A stretch of 64,000 bases of DNA from an uncultured Collinsella sp. (GTDB lineage: Bacteria; Actinomycetota; Coriobacteriia; Coriobacteriales; Coriobacteriaceae). Of the stretch, positions 1 to 13,328 are shown piece by piece (within the stretch, counting starts at the first letter, position 1; every line of letters begins with the position of its first letter). The position numbers were made by a program, and so were the translations under genes. Below the pieces are notes generated by a model. The model did no database searches. It had not been told where the DNA came from and worked only from the letters and a program-made list of their open reading frames with translations. Location: the NCBI GenBank assembly GCA_938005465.1, contig CALLNU010000019.1:85917-149916 (forward strand). The letters are read 5' to 3'.

Positions 1-195
1 TTTCAAAATAGCCGGCTATGGTTGACCTCTGCGGCTTAAACGTAGTAGATAGGCCCTATTCGTGGCACAGCACTACTCCATCCCAAATTGGCACCCCGAG
101 CCCTCGTGAGTTGCCAACAAGCTGTTCGACCAGCGCTTTATCCGCGCGGCATTTGGAAAATAGCACCACCGCAAAACCCGCGAGTAGCGCTTGCT

Positions 196-255
196 TTGCT
201 ATATCTCACTATACTTTGCTATATCTTGCTATACTTTGCTATATCTTGCTATATC
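196..255 (+). repeat. Six tandem 10-bp repeats (consensus TTGCTATA[TC/CT]) just upstream of the ATPase RBS
   Basis: Units read directly: ttgctatatc, tcactatact, ttgctatatc, ttgctatact, ttgctatatc, ttgctatatc; RBS aaaggtgg and ATG 275 follow. Confidence 0.95.
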
Positions 256-274
256 TTGAGCAAAGGTGGCTCAC

Positions 275-1366
275 ATGCAAACAAACCCTTTTAAGCCCAC
301 AGCAGGTAAAGCACCTCCCACGATTATCGGCCGCGAAGATGTACTTGAAGAATTCAGTGAAGGCCTCATCAACGGGCCTAGTGCCCCTGGGCGCCTAATG
401 CGCATAGCCGGCGTCCGTGGAACGGGCAAGACGGTCCTCCTTGACGAGTGCTCACGTTTGGCGCAAAGCCGTGGCTGGACGGTCATAAAAGAGGTCGCAA
501 CCGAGGGACTTTGCCAGCGCATTCTCGAACAGCTGCAGCCCAAATTCCAGGCCAAACACGCCAGATTTGAGCCCACCGTAGCTGGCATATCCATCGGCAG
601 CATAGATATTGAGCGAATCGGCCCATCGCTACGCGACGCCATGAGACAGACAATAACCAAGAATGGAAATGGCCTGCTCATCACTCTCGACGAGGTTCAA
701 GACGCAGAGCTCGATGAGGTCCGAACGCTCTCCATTGCGATTCAGCAGGTTATCGGCGAAGACCTTGATATCGCCTTTGTTTTTGCTGGGCTGCCTTCGA
801 TGATTGAAAGCATCATCAACGGAAAGACACTTACGTTTTTGCGCCGTGCCCTCCCCTTTGATCTGAAGGCTGTGGCAGTAACCGAAGTGTCGTACTCCCT
901 CGAGGAAACCATTGAAGCGTCTGGCATGGAGTTGCAGCCAGGTATTGCCGGCCAACTTGCCGAGGCAACGCAAGGCTATCCTTTCATGATCCAACTCGTT
1001 GGATACTACGCATGGCAGTTGGCAAGACGCGCACATACAGCGATTATTGGAGAAGAAGAAGCCGAGCGTGGCATTGCAACGGCACGCGAACGCTTCTGCG
1101 CCATGGTGATTGAGCCCGCGCTGCGGCGCATTCCGCCCACGTGCATCGCTTATCTGCTGAGCATGGCGTCTTTGGGGCAGACGAGCTCGACCAGCATGGT
1201 TGCCGATGCCCTAAACAAAACGCCTCAACAGGTGAGCTCCGTCCGCAGCCGCCTGTTAAGAGAATCGATTATCGAGGCTCCTTCGTACGGCAAGGTCTCA
1301 TTTGCCATCCCCTACATGCGCGACTACCTCTACGAACACAAAGCCGAACTGGAAGTTGAACTGTAG
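275..1366 (+). CDS. AAA+ family P-loop ATPase with C-terminal winged-helix domain (paralog 1)
   Basis: N-terminal NPFKPTAG..IGR, Walker A GVRGTGKT, Walker B LLITLDE, GYPF motif, C-terminal HTH-like segment ending YGKVSFAIPYMRDYL; start set at ATG 275 after RBS (track start 266). Confidence 0.85.
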   Translation: MQTNPFKPTAGKAPPTIIGREDVLEEFSEGLINGPSAPGRLMRIAGVRGTGKTVLLDECSRLAQSRGWTVIKEVATEGLCQRILEQLQPKFQAKHARFEPTVAGISIGSIDIERIGPSLRDAMRQTITKNGNGLLITLDEVQDAELDEVRTLSIAIQQVIGEDLDIAFVFAGLPSMIESIINGKTLTFLRRALPFDLKAVAVTEVSYSLEETIEASGMELQPGIAGQLAEATQGYPFMIQLVGYYAWQLARRAHTAIIGEEEAERGIATARERFCAMVIEPALRRIPPTCIAYLLSMASLGQTSSTSMVADALNKTPQQVSSVRSRLLRESIIEAPSYGKVSFAIPYMRDYLYEHKAELEVEL

Positions 1367-1383
1367 AAACGGCAACTGCCCTG

Positions 1384-1512
1384 CAAGACGAAAACCGTTT
1401 TCGTACGGATTTAAAGCAGACGTAAACGGTTTTCGTCTTGATTTGCGTACGGAATTAAGACGTAAATATCGCTTTCGTACGCTTAATTACCAGACGCAAA
1501 TTGTTTTCGTCT
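1384..1512. repeat. Four imperfect palindromic boxes AGACG-N11-13-CGT[AC/CT]
   Basis: AGACG at 1386, 1418, 1458, 1492; 1384-1404 and 1420-1440 form a 20/21 inverted repeat. Confidence 0.8.
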
Positions 1513-1536
1513 GTCAATATGTCTGCAATCCAAACG

Positions 1537-1573
1537 AAAAGAGCCCCGAGCTCATATGAACTCGGGGCTCTTT
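1537..1573 (+). terminator. Intrinsic terminator, probably bidirectional
   Basis: aaaagagccccgag / ctcggggctcttt stem with A and T flanks. Confidence 0.8.
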
Positions 1574-1641
1574 GTGCCGCACATCTATGAGAGGGAATCG
1601 ATGCGCATGGGCGCTACTCAATGTAGCCGCCCTGGGATGGC

Positions 1642-1866
1642 GGCAACCTCGTCGTTCCCCGCCTGATGGGCGTGCTCAAGGCATCCGTCCCCCTCTTTAT
1701 CGACGTGACTGGCAAAAAGCTCGTCGAGGAAACTATCCGCACGCACCGCGATGTGGCCGACGCCATCGCCTCACGCAATCCCACCGCCGCGCACGACGCG
1801 ATGTATCTGCACCTGGTGTATAACCGCAACATGATTGCGGAGGGAGCAGGAGCAAAAGGCATTTAG
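1642..1866 (+). pseudogene. 3' remnant of a GntR/FadR-family regulator (C-terminal part of the FCD domain)
   Basis: GNLVVPRLMG...THRDVADAIASRNPTAAHDAMYLHL is FCD-like; in-frame TAG at 1624 and no HTH domain upstream. Confidence 0.65.
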
Positions 1867-1900
1867 GGCCCGACAATCATCTTTCTTTGGCAAAACGCAG

Positions 1901-1939
1901 GCGGCGGCTGCCCAACACACAGGGCAGCCGCCGCTTTTT
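1901..1939. terminator. Bidirectional terminator between convergent genes
   Basis: gcggcggctgccc / gggcagccgccgc followed by a T run. Confidence 0.75.
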
Positions 1940-1965
1940 GCAATCGATTGGTGCAAAGGGGTTGA

Positions 1966-3915
1966 CTAGAGCTCGCAGGCAACCTTGTAGCCATCGCCGA
2001 TGGCATCGCGAATGTTGCCACACTTCTGGGCGTCGCCCAGCACGTGGACAGCAGCGCCAGCGGCGGCAAGGTCGTCGGCCAGCTTGGTATTGGGACGATA
2101 ACCCATGGCAAGCACCAGCGTATCGGCACCGGTGATGGTGTAGACCTCGCCATCCTTCTCGTAACTGATAGTGTCCTCGGTGATCTCGGTCACCTTAGCC
2201 TCGGTCAGCACGTGGACGCCCTTGGAGAGCATGCGCGTGATGAGCACCGCGCGACCGGCACCGCCCTCGTTGGCGGCGAGCGTCTTGGTCATCTCGATGA
2301 CGGTGACATCGCGGTTGGCCGGCGACAAGTCGTTGACCAGCGGGGCCAGGTAGTCGGCCGTCTCGCAACCGACGGTGCCGCCGCCCACGATGACGATCTT
2401 CTTGCCCGGGAAAGCCTTGCCGCCCAGCAGGTCGTCGGCCGTCATAACCTGCTTAAAGCCCTGCATGAAAGCCGGAGCGATGGGCTCGGCGCCATAAGCC
2501 AGGACGACCTCGTAACCCGCGTAGTCACGCTGAATGTCCTCGGCCGAAAGCTCGGTACCAAAGACGCATGTGACGCCGGCCTCGGCCAGGCGACGATACT
2601 GGTACTTGATCACGCGCGTGAGTTCCTGCTTTGCCGGCGGAACGGCCGCGATGCGCATCTCGCCGCCCGGCTCGTCCTGCTTATCCACGAGCACCACGTT
2701 GTGGCCGCGCTTAGCGGCAATGTAGGCTGCCTCCATGCCCGCAGGACCAGCGCCCACAACCAGCACGTTCTTGACCTCGGCGGCAGGCTCGTAGCCAGCC
2801 TCGTCGCGCTCCACGTCCGGGTTGACAGTACAGGAGATGCGCTTGCCGAACATAATGCCGTTCAGGCAGCGCAGGCAGCCAATGCAGGGGCGGATGTCGT
2901 CGGCGTTACCGGCAGCGGCCTTATTGCAGAACTCGGCATCGCACAGATTGGCGCGGCCCATCATGCAGATGTCGGCAGCACCGTCCTCGATCAGCTCCTC
3001 GGCAATCCATGCCTCGTTAATGCGGCCGACCGTGGCAACGGGAATGTTGACGTGCTTTTTGATCTCTCGCGAGCAGGCGGCATGCGAGGCCTGCTGCGTG
3101 CCGGCGGCGGGAATGGCAGAGCCGCGCTTGATGGTGGTACCGCCCGACACATGAATCATGTCGACGCCGGCCTTCTCCAGGCGACGTGAAACGTAGATCA
3201 TGTCGTTGAGGGTCAGGCCGCCATCGGTGTACTCGTCGCCCGAGATACGGACGTCGATGATAAAGTCCTTGCCGCAGCGCTCGCGAATCTCGGCAATGAC
3301 CTCGAGCAGGAAGCGCATACGCGCGTCGAGCGAGCCGCCGTACTCATCGGTACGCTTGTTGTAGAGCGGGGTCAAAAAGCCGCCGAGCATGCCGTGGGCG
3401 TGCGCCGCATGGACCTCGACGCCATCGACGCCGGCCTTCTGCATGCGCACGGCAGCGTCGCCAAACTGATGCGTGAGCTCGTGGATCTCATCGACCGTGA
3501 TAGGACGCGGTGCCTCGCGGGCATAGGACGGTCCCACGAAGGACGGAGCGATCAGGCGCGGCGTGCCCGGAATGTTAAAGGCCATGTAGGCGGGGTGGAA
3601 GAGCTGCGGCATGATCTTGCAGCCGTACTCGTGGACGGCCGCGGCGAGCTTTTCCCAACCGGGGATAAACGTGTCGTCGTAGCAGCACATGTCACCCGGC
3701 AGATAGGTATAGGTGGGCTCGACCGTCACGACCTCGGTAATGATGAGGCCAACGCCGCCCTTGGCACGGGCACGGTAATGATCGACCAAGTCGTCGGTCA
3801 CATAGCCATGATCGGCCAGGTTCGTGGACACCGGCGGCATAAAGACGCGGTTCTTGACCTCGGTCGTACCGACCTTGATCGGGCTAAAGAGCATCGGATA
3901 GGCGGAGGACTCCAT
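1966..3915 (-). CDS. NADH:flavin oxidoreductase, OYE TIM barrel plus 4Fe-4S and FAD/NAD domains (2,4-dienoyl-CoA reductase/BaiCD-like family)
   Basis: LFSPIKVG..KNR start, NKRTDEYGGS, CIGCLRC..C Fe-S motif, two GxGxxG Rossmann motifs; start ATG 3915 after aagga. Confidence 0.9.
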   Translation of the reverse strand: MESSAYPMLFSPIKVGTTEVKNRVFMPPVSTNLADHGYVTDDLVDHYRARAKGGVGLIITEVVTVEPTYTYLPGDMCCYDDTFIPGWEKLAAAVHEYGCKIMPQLFHPAYMAFNIPGTPRLIAPSFVGPSYAREAPRPITVDEIHELTHQFGDAAVRMQKAGVDGVEVHAAHAHGMLGGFLTPLYNKRTDEYGGSLDARMRFLLEVIAEIRERCGKDFIIDVRISGDEYTDGGLTLNDMIYVSRRLEKAGVDMIHVSGGTTIKRGSAIPAAGTQQASHAACSREIKKHVNIPVATVGRINEAWIAEELIEDGAADICMMGRANLCDAEFCNKAAAGNADDIRPCIGCLRCLNGIMFGKRISCTVNPDVERDEAGYEPAAEVKNVLVVGAGPAGMEAAYIAAKRGHNVVLVDKQDEPGGEMRIAAVPPAKQELTRVIKYQYRRLAEAGVTCVFGTELSAEDIQRDYAGYEVVLAYGAEPIAPAFMQGFKQVMTADDLLGGKAFPGKKIVIVGGGTVGCETADYLAPLVNDLSPANRDVTVIEMTKTLAANEGGAGRAVLITRMLSKGVHVLTEAKVTEITEDTISYEKDGEVYTITGADTLVLAMGYRPNTKLADDLAAAGAAVHVLGDAQKCGNIRDAIGDGYKVACEL

Positions 3916-3943
3916 GCAGGGTTCCTTTCGTTTGAGCCGCTCG

Positions 3944-3984
3944 GCGGCAGTTGCTAACACACCTATCGTATCAGCAACTGCCGC
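3944..3984 (-). terminator. Hairpin between the feo operon and the oxidoreductase gene
   Basis: gcggcagttgct / agcaactgccgc 12-bp inverted repeat; no clear U-tract. Confidence 0.45.
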
Positions 3985-4017
3985 ATCCGCAGTCAAACAT
4001 GCTCAAACGCCGGTCGG

Positions 4018-4218
4018 CTAATGAATACCGCGACCCAAGTCTTCGGCGATTTTGTCTACGCCCTTAAGTGCAGCGCACGTCTTTTTGTTGGAGCAATGCC
4101 CCGTGCAAACGCCACCCTGAGCGCAGTCGGCGCAGGTGCCCTTGCGGTAGATGCGCACGCACACGGCGACAAACGCAACGCCGATAACAGCCAGTACAAC
4201 AATATCGATAGGTGCCAT
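4018..4218 (-). CDS. FeoB-associated Cys-rich small membrane protein
   Basis: One N-terminal TM helix then CADC..C..HC..C; lies just downstream of feoB. Confidence 0.8.
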   Translation of the reverse strand: MAPIDIVVLAVIGVAFVAVCVRIYRKGTCADCAQGGVCTGHCSNKKTCAALKGVDKIAEDLGRGIH

Positions 4219-4264
4219 AGCAAGCCTCCTCTAGTTAACCATCACTTACTTTACCCCATTCTCC

Positions 4265-4317
4265 ACCTACCAAAAAGGGACAAGTTGAATTTGGTCAGTT
4301 TTATCTGCGGAAATGCC
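4265..4317. repeat. Half copy of the REP/MITE-like element at 54534-54693
   Basis: acctaccaaaaagggacaagttgaatttggtcagttttatctg resembles acctgccaaaaagggacaggtttattttggtcggttttatctg. Confidence 0.8.
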
Positions 4318-4393
4318 ATATCTCTCCCACCAAAAAGCCCGAGTGTCGCTGGGACACCCGGGCTCGTGGAAAGGGGTTGATCCTTATTCGGAC

Positions 4394-6721
4394 TTAGGCG
4401 GAAACTGCAGCGGAAGCAGCGTTGGTCTCGTCCTCGTCGGTCCATGCATGCTTGGGCATGGGACGGAAGATCTGGAAGAGCATCGCAACCAGCAGCACGA
4501 TGGCCACAACCGTCCAGATACCAAACTGTCCCAACACAAGCAGGTTGTAGAACTGGTTGATGAACAGGCCGATCACCCAAGCGAAGATGCACTCGTAACC
4601 GATGGCAATCGCGAACCACTTGCCGGAATCCATCTGGTTGCGGATGGCACCCATGGCAGCAAAGCACGGAGCGCACAGCAGGTTGAACGCGCCAAAGGCG
4701 ACGCAAGCGCCCATGGTCGGGAACATGCCAGCGAACGCGGTCCACAGGCTCGGGTCGGTCTCGCCCGCGTCGGCAACGGACAGCAGCGAGCCGGCGGTGG
4801 CGACGACGTTCTCCTTGGCGACAAGGCCCGAGACGGACAGCGCTGTTGCCTGCCAGGTGCTAAAGCCAAGCGGGGCGAAGATCCAGGAGATCAGGTTACC
4901 GAGCATGGCCAGCACGGAGTAGTCCATGAACTCCTCGGAGATGCCGTCCATCGCGGGCAGGTAGCCAAAGGAACCGTTGTAGCTACCAAAGTTGGACAGG
5001 AACCAAACCACGACAGTGGACGCGAAGATGACCGTACCGGCCTTCTTGATAAAGGCCCAGCAGCGCTCCCACACGTGCAGCGCCCAAGAGCGGATCGCCG
5101 GGAAGTGGTAGGCAGGAAGCTCCATAACAAACGGCGTCGGGCGGCCGGCGAAGAGCTTGGTCTTCTTGAGCATGAGGCCCGAAGCGATGACGGCAAAGAC
5201 GCCCAGGAAGTAGAACAGCGGACTGATCCACGCGGCGGTGGTGGAAGAATCGCCGATGATGGAACCCATGAGCAGGGCGATGATCGGCAGCTTGGCGCCA
5301 CAGGGGATGAACGTGGTGGTCATGACCGTCATGCGGCGGTCCTTCTCGTTCTCGATGGTCTTGGTAGCCATGACGCCAGGGACGCCGCAGCCCGAGGTCA
5401 CGAGCATGGGGATAAAGGACTTACCGGACAGGCCAAAGCGGCGGAACACGCGGTCCATGATGAAGGCGACGCGGGCCATGTAGCCGCAGTCCTCCAGGAA
5501 AGAGAGCATCACGAACAACAGGAACATCTGCGGGACAAAGCCCATGATGGCGCCGATGCCGGCCACGATACCGTCGCAGACGAGGGAGTCAACAAGACCG
5601 CCGTCCTCGGTGCCGCCCGCCACAAGGGCGTCATGCACCGCGGTGGTGATACCCGGGACATAGGGGCCGTACTGCGCCGGGTCGACCGAGTCGGCATCGT
5701 CGCCCGCAGCCTCGACGGCTGCATCGTAGGCATCGCGGCCCTGACCGAGCACATACCAACCGTCGGTGCCAAAGAGCTGGTCGTTGGTGAAGTCGGTCAC
5801 CGTGCCGCCCAGGGTGGAAACGGCGATGTAGTACACGCAGAACATGATGACGACAAAGATCGGCAAGCCCAGGATACGGTTGGTAACCACACGGTCGATC
5901 TTCTCGGAGGTGCTCATCTTGGCCGGGGCCTTGGTGAGGCACTCATCGATGATGTGCGCGATGACGCCATAGCGCTCACCGGTGATGATGGACTCGGCAT
6001 CGTCGTCGCAGTCCTGCTCGCACTGGGCGACCAGCTCCTCCACGCGAGCGGCCTTCTCCTTGGTGAGGTTGATGAGCTTGCAGGCGTCTGCATCACGCTC
6101 GAACAGCTTGACGGCGTAATAGCGACGCTTGTTAGCGGGAACGCTCGCCGGCAGGTTGTTCTCGATGTGGTCCAGAACGTCCTCGATGGAGGAGTCGAAC
6201 TTGTGCTCCGGCACCTCGCCCTTGGAAGCAGCGGACTTCTTAACCTGCTCGAACAGCTCCTTGATGCCCTTGTTCTTAAGGGCCGAGATCATCATGACCG
6301 GGCAGCCGAGCTTCTTGGAGAGCTTGTCCGTGTCGATCTTGTCGCCGTTCTTCTCGACCAAGTCGGCCATGTTGAGGGCAACGACCACGGGCAGGCCGGT
6401 CTCGATAACCTGAAGCGCCAGGTACAGGTTGCGCTCGAGGTTGGTGGCGTCGACCACCTGGACGACTACATCGGGCTCGCCGCTCATGAGGTAATCGCGC
6501 GAGCATTGCTCCTCGGGGCTGTAGGGGGAAAGCGAGTAGATGCCGGGGAGGTCCGTGATGGTAACGTTCTTGTCGCTTAGGAGCTTGGCTTCCTTTTTCT
6601 CAACCGTGACGCCGGGCCAGTTGCCAACGTAGCCGTTGGCGCCGGTGATCAGGTTGAAAAGCGTGGTCTTGCCGCAGTTGGGGTTACCCGCCAGCGCGAC
6701 ATGGATCTGAGAATCCGCCAT
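4394..6721 (-). CDS. feoB: Ferrous iron transporter B
   Basis: GNPNCGKTT, GNWPGVTVE, DLPGIYSL GTPase motifs; membrane domain with gate motifs. Confidence 0.97.
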   Translation of the reverse strand: MADSQIHVALAGNPNCGKTTLFNLITGANGYVGNWPGVTVEKKEAKLLSDKNVTITDLPGIYSLSPYSPEEQCSRDYLMSGEPDVVVQVVDATNLERNLYLALQVIETGLPVVVALNMADLVEKNGDKIDTDKLSKKLGCPVMMISALKNKGIKELFEQVKKSAASKGEVPEHKFDSSIEDVLDHIENNLPASVPANKRRYYAVKLFERDADACKLINLTKEKAARVEELVAQCEQDCDDDAESIITGERYGVIAHIIDECLTKAPAKMSTSEKIDRVVTNRILGLPIFVVIMFCVYYIAVSTLGGTVTDFTNDQLFGTDGWYVLGQGRDAYDAAVEAAGDDADSVDPAQYGPYVPGITTAVHDALVAGGTEDGGLVDSLVCDGIVAGIGAIMGFVPQMFLLFVMLSFLEDCGYMARVAFIMDRVFRRFGLSGKSFIPMLVTSGCGVPGVMATKTIENEKDRRMTVMTTTFIPCGAKLPIIALLMGSIIGDSSTTAAWISPLFYFLGVFAVIASGLMLKKTKLFAGRPTPFVMELPAYHFPAIRSWALHVWERCWAFIKKAGTVIFASTVVVWFLSNFGSYNGSFGYLPAMDGISEEFMDYSVLAMLGNLISWIFAPLGFSTWQATALSVSGLVAKENVVATAGSLLSVADAGETDPSLWTAFAGMFPTMGACVAFGAFNLLCAPCFAAMGAIRNQMDSGKWFAIAIGYECIFAWVIGLFINQFYNLLVLGQFGIWTVVAIVLLVAMLFQIFRPMPKHAWTDEDETNAASAAVSA

Positions 6722-6796
6722 TCAATCCTTCTTCCTTGTGTGCCTGTGCTGCTTTCTCCGCGCAGGCTGGATAATGTGCTTCAAAGTTGCTGCATT

Positions 6797-6816
6797 AAGT
6801 TAGAAAAACCTAACTT
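6797..6816. promoter_or_regulatory. Candidate DtxR/SirR-type metal-regulator operator
   Basis: Perfect palindrome AAGTTAG-N6-CTAACTT between feoA and feoB. Confidence 0.5.
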
Positions 6817-6844
6817 TATCTGCAGAAATATACGTCGTGAGCCC

Positions 6845-7066
6845 TTACTGGACCTCGACGACGGCGGCCTCCTCCTTGCGGATGGAAAGCTCGTAGCCGC
6901 GCACGTTGATCTCGACCGGATCGCCGAGCGGTGCAACCTTCACGACCTTGAACGAAGTGCCCTTGATGAGCCCCAGGTCCATAAGGTGGCGGCGAAGCGC
7001 ACCCTCACCGTGAAGCTTGACGATGGTGGAGCTCTCGCCCACCTTAACGTCACCCAACGTCTTCAT
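6845..7066 (-). CDS. feoA: Ferrous iron transport protein A
   Basis: RRHLMDLGL..G...VVKVAPLGDP..RGYELSIRKEEA. Confidence 0.95.
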   Translation of the reverse strand: MKTLGDVKVGESSTIVKLHGEGALRRHLMDLGLIKGTSFKVVKVAPLGDPVEINVRGYELSIRKEEAAVVEVQ

Positions 7067-7105
7067 CCTCTTGTCCCCCTTTCGGTTTTTATCAAATGCT
7101 GCGAA

Positions 7106-7348
7106 CTAACCGACGGTCATGATGTGCATGGCAACCTTGGAATCGATACCAAAGCGTGCGCCCAGCACCGTGACGATGATATTGGCGCCACTCGAGCTCA
7201 CCACGTGAATTTCGCTGCCCTCGACAAAGCCGAGGTCCTTGAGGTGGTGCTTCATATCCTCATTGCCCTTTACACGAGACACGCGCACGGTTTCGCCCGC
7301 TTTTACCATCGAAAGCGGCATTGCCGGCATCTGCGGTCCGCAAGACAT
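7106..7348 (-). CDS. feoA: FeoA family protein (second copy)
   Basis: MPLSMVKAGE..HHLKDLGFVEGS..FeoA pattern; RBS aggag. Confidence 0.9.
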   Translation of the reverse strand: MSCGPQMPAMPLSMVKAGETVRVSRVKGNEDMKHHLKDLGFVEGSEIHVVSSSGANIIVTVLGARFGIDSKVAMHIMTVG

Positions 7349-7390
7349 GAGTTGCTCCTAACGTCAGTTCGTCCTCAACATCGACGTGAT

Positions 7391-7444
7391 AAAAGTTAAC
7401 CACGTCTATGTTCGCTTTAGTAAACTAGCACGTGGTTAACTTTT
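7391..7444. promoter_or_regulatory. 15-bp perfect inverted repeat in the feo promoter region (candidate operator)
   Basis: aaaagttaaccacgt (7391-7405) / acgtggttaactttt (7430-7444). Confidence 0.55.
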
Positions 7445-7536
7445 TGGAAAGGGTCCCCATTCAGATTTCGAAAAAGTTTCCTATACGAAACAAAAAGGCG
7501 CGGCAAAGGACCATCCTTTACCGCGCCCTATCATGC

Positions 7537-7785
7537 TTAGAGCGAGAGATTTCTGATCGATGTGACACAGGAGGCCTCATCCACGCCCGAAACGCGGAAC
7601 ACGATGTCCTCGCCACATTCGCCACAGAGTGCCATGAGCCCTATAACGTCGCGGCCATCGACATGACGATTGCCAATCGAAACCGACACGTCACTACGAT
7701 GCTTGGCGATAATGTCATAAAGCAGCGCAACCGGGCGGGCATGCAATCCCAACGGATCTTTAATCGTCTTCGTAAATTCGACCAT
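7537..7785 (-). CDS. HPr family phosphocarrier protein
   Basis: GLHARP His15 motif; start ATG 7785 after gggagggga. Confidence 0.88.
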   Translation of the reverse strand: MVEFTKTIKDPLGLHARPVALLYDIIAKHRSDVSVSIGNRHVDGRDVIGLMALCGECGEDIVFRVSGVDEASCVTSIRNLSL

Positions 7786-7882
7786 GTCCCCTCCCACGAC
7801 ATCGCACATTCGGCCGGCAACCCCAGCCACGTGGTAGCTATTGTAGCGTTAGATGCTTGTCGAGAGCTCCTCTGAGCACCTC

Positions 7883-8102
7883 GTGGGCAAAAAGTGGCAA
7901 ATATGAGTACTGCCACCAATTTAGTAGCAGCAAAATCGAGAGCAAATTGCTTACTTTAAGCGATTCGAAGAGGTTGAAAGCCGTCAAACGCCCTTTAAAG
8001 GGGGTTAGATAAATTGATTTTGAGCCCATTTTCGCTCAGAGCAGGCCGAAAAATATGACACCGCTTTTGCAACAGTACTCATATTTGGCATTTTTTGCCC
8101 AC
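7883..8102. mobile_element. MITE-like 220-bp element with 30-bp terminal inverted repeats
   Basis: gtgggcaaaaagtggcaaatatgagtactg (7883-7912) matches the reverse complement of 8073-8102 at 28/30; non-coding interior. Confidence 0.55.
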
Positions 8103-8131
8103 AGAGTCCAAAATCCATGCCCCAAAACACA

Positions 8132-8160
8132 AAAGGAGGGGCCTCGTAAGGCCCCTCCCT
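8132..8160 (-). terminator. Terminator of the ebg operon
   Basis: ggaggggcct/aggcccctcc stem with an A run on the + strand. Confidence 0.7.
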
Positions 8161-8207
8161 AGGAAAGGGAATCGATTTATTCCACAGCCGTAGATTAATC
8201 CTAGCCG

Positions 8208-9683
<1,476 letters not shown>

Positions 9684-9824
9684 TCATCTATTAAATGTCA
9701 TCCAAAACCGTCCGAGCTGCAAGTGCAATCGCGGACGGCGCACCTGCTAAGGGGAATGGGGAAAAGGGAGTCAACAAAGCCATCCCCCTTAACGGCGCGA
9801 AGCAAACGTCCAAACGGACGAATA

Positions 9825-10280
9825 CTACTTGTTGGGGAAGGAATAACCTTCGACCGTCACGTGCAGTACCACGACGCGGGGATCCGAAGCCTCGGCGATA
9901 ACACGGTAAGCCTCGTCGATCTCGACGACGGCAACGCCGCCGGCGGGAATCGTCACGGTCTCCCCCGCCCCCTCAAAGCGCTCGCGATCATCGATATCGC
10001 TGTAAGCGCGGGTGCAGGTGAGGCCTGCCTTGGGGGCAACCTCGACGGTCAGGTCGCCGTCGAGCGGGGCGAGCACGGCATGGTAGCGACGATGACCGAC
10101 CAGATCGGCAGTAGCCGCCTCGTGGGCGTTCACCCACCAATACACCAGCGAGTCGCCGATAGAGTACGCCACATCGTGCTGCAGTTCAGAAACGCCGTCG
10201 AGTGCCTGACCGGTACGCATCCACTTCTTGACGGACTTCATCTGGGCGTCGAAATCGGCACGCGAGTTAAAGATATGCAT
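9825..10280 (-). CDS. ebgC: Beta-galactosidase beta subunit
   Basis: YSIGDSL.Y, GHRRY, AYSDIDDRE, VTVEG..FPNK; directly after ebgA. Confidence 0.9.
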   Translation of the reverse strand: MHIFNSRADFDAQMKSVKKWMRTGQALDGVSELQHDVAYSIGDSLVYWWVNAHEAATADLVGHRRYHAVLAPLDGDLTVEVAPKAGLTCTRAYSDIDDRERFEGAGETVTIPAGGVAVVEIDEAYRVIAEASDPRVVVLHVTVEGYSFPNK

Positions 10281-10283
10281 GAC

Positions 10284-13310
<3,027 letters not shown>

Positions 13311-13328
13311 TCATCGTAGTGCTTCTTT

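Noticed and set aside
18..398. ORFs with repetitive LLYL/CYIL peptides
   Set aside because: Translations of the 10-bp repeat array, overlapping the ATPase start.
1966..3915. bilR or baiCD/baiH gene symbol
   Set aside because: HGDR motif absent and no bai operon context; only the family is supported.
4313..6580. Long antisense ORFs over feoB (and likewise over aspS, ppc, hisS, htpG, serS, metG and others)
   Set aside because: Each overlaps a well-supported gene on the other strand and has shadow-ORF composition.
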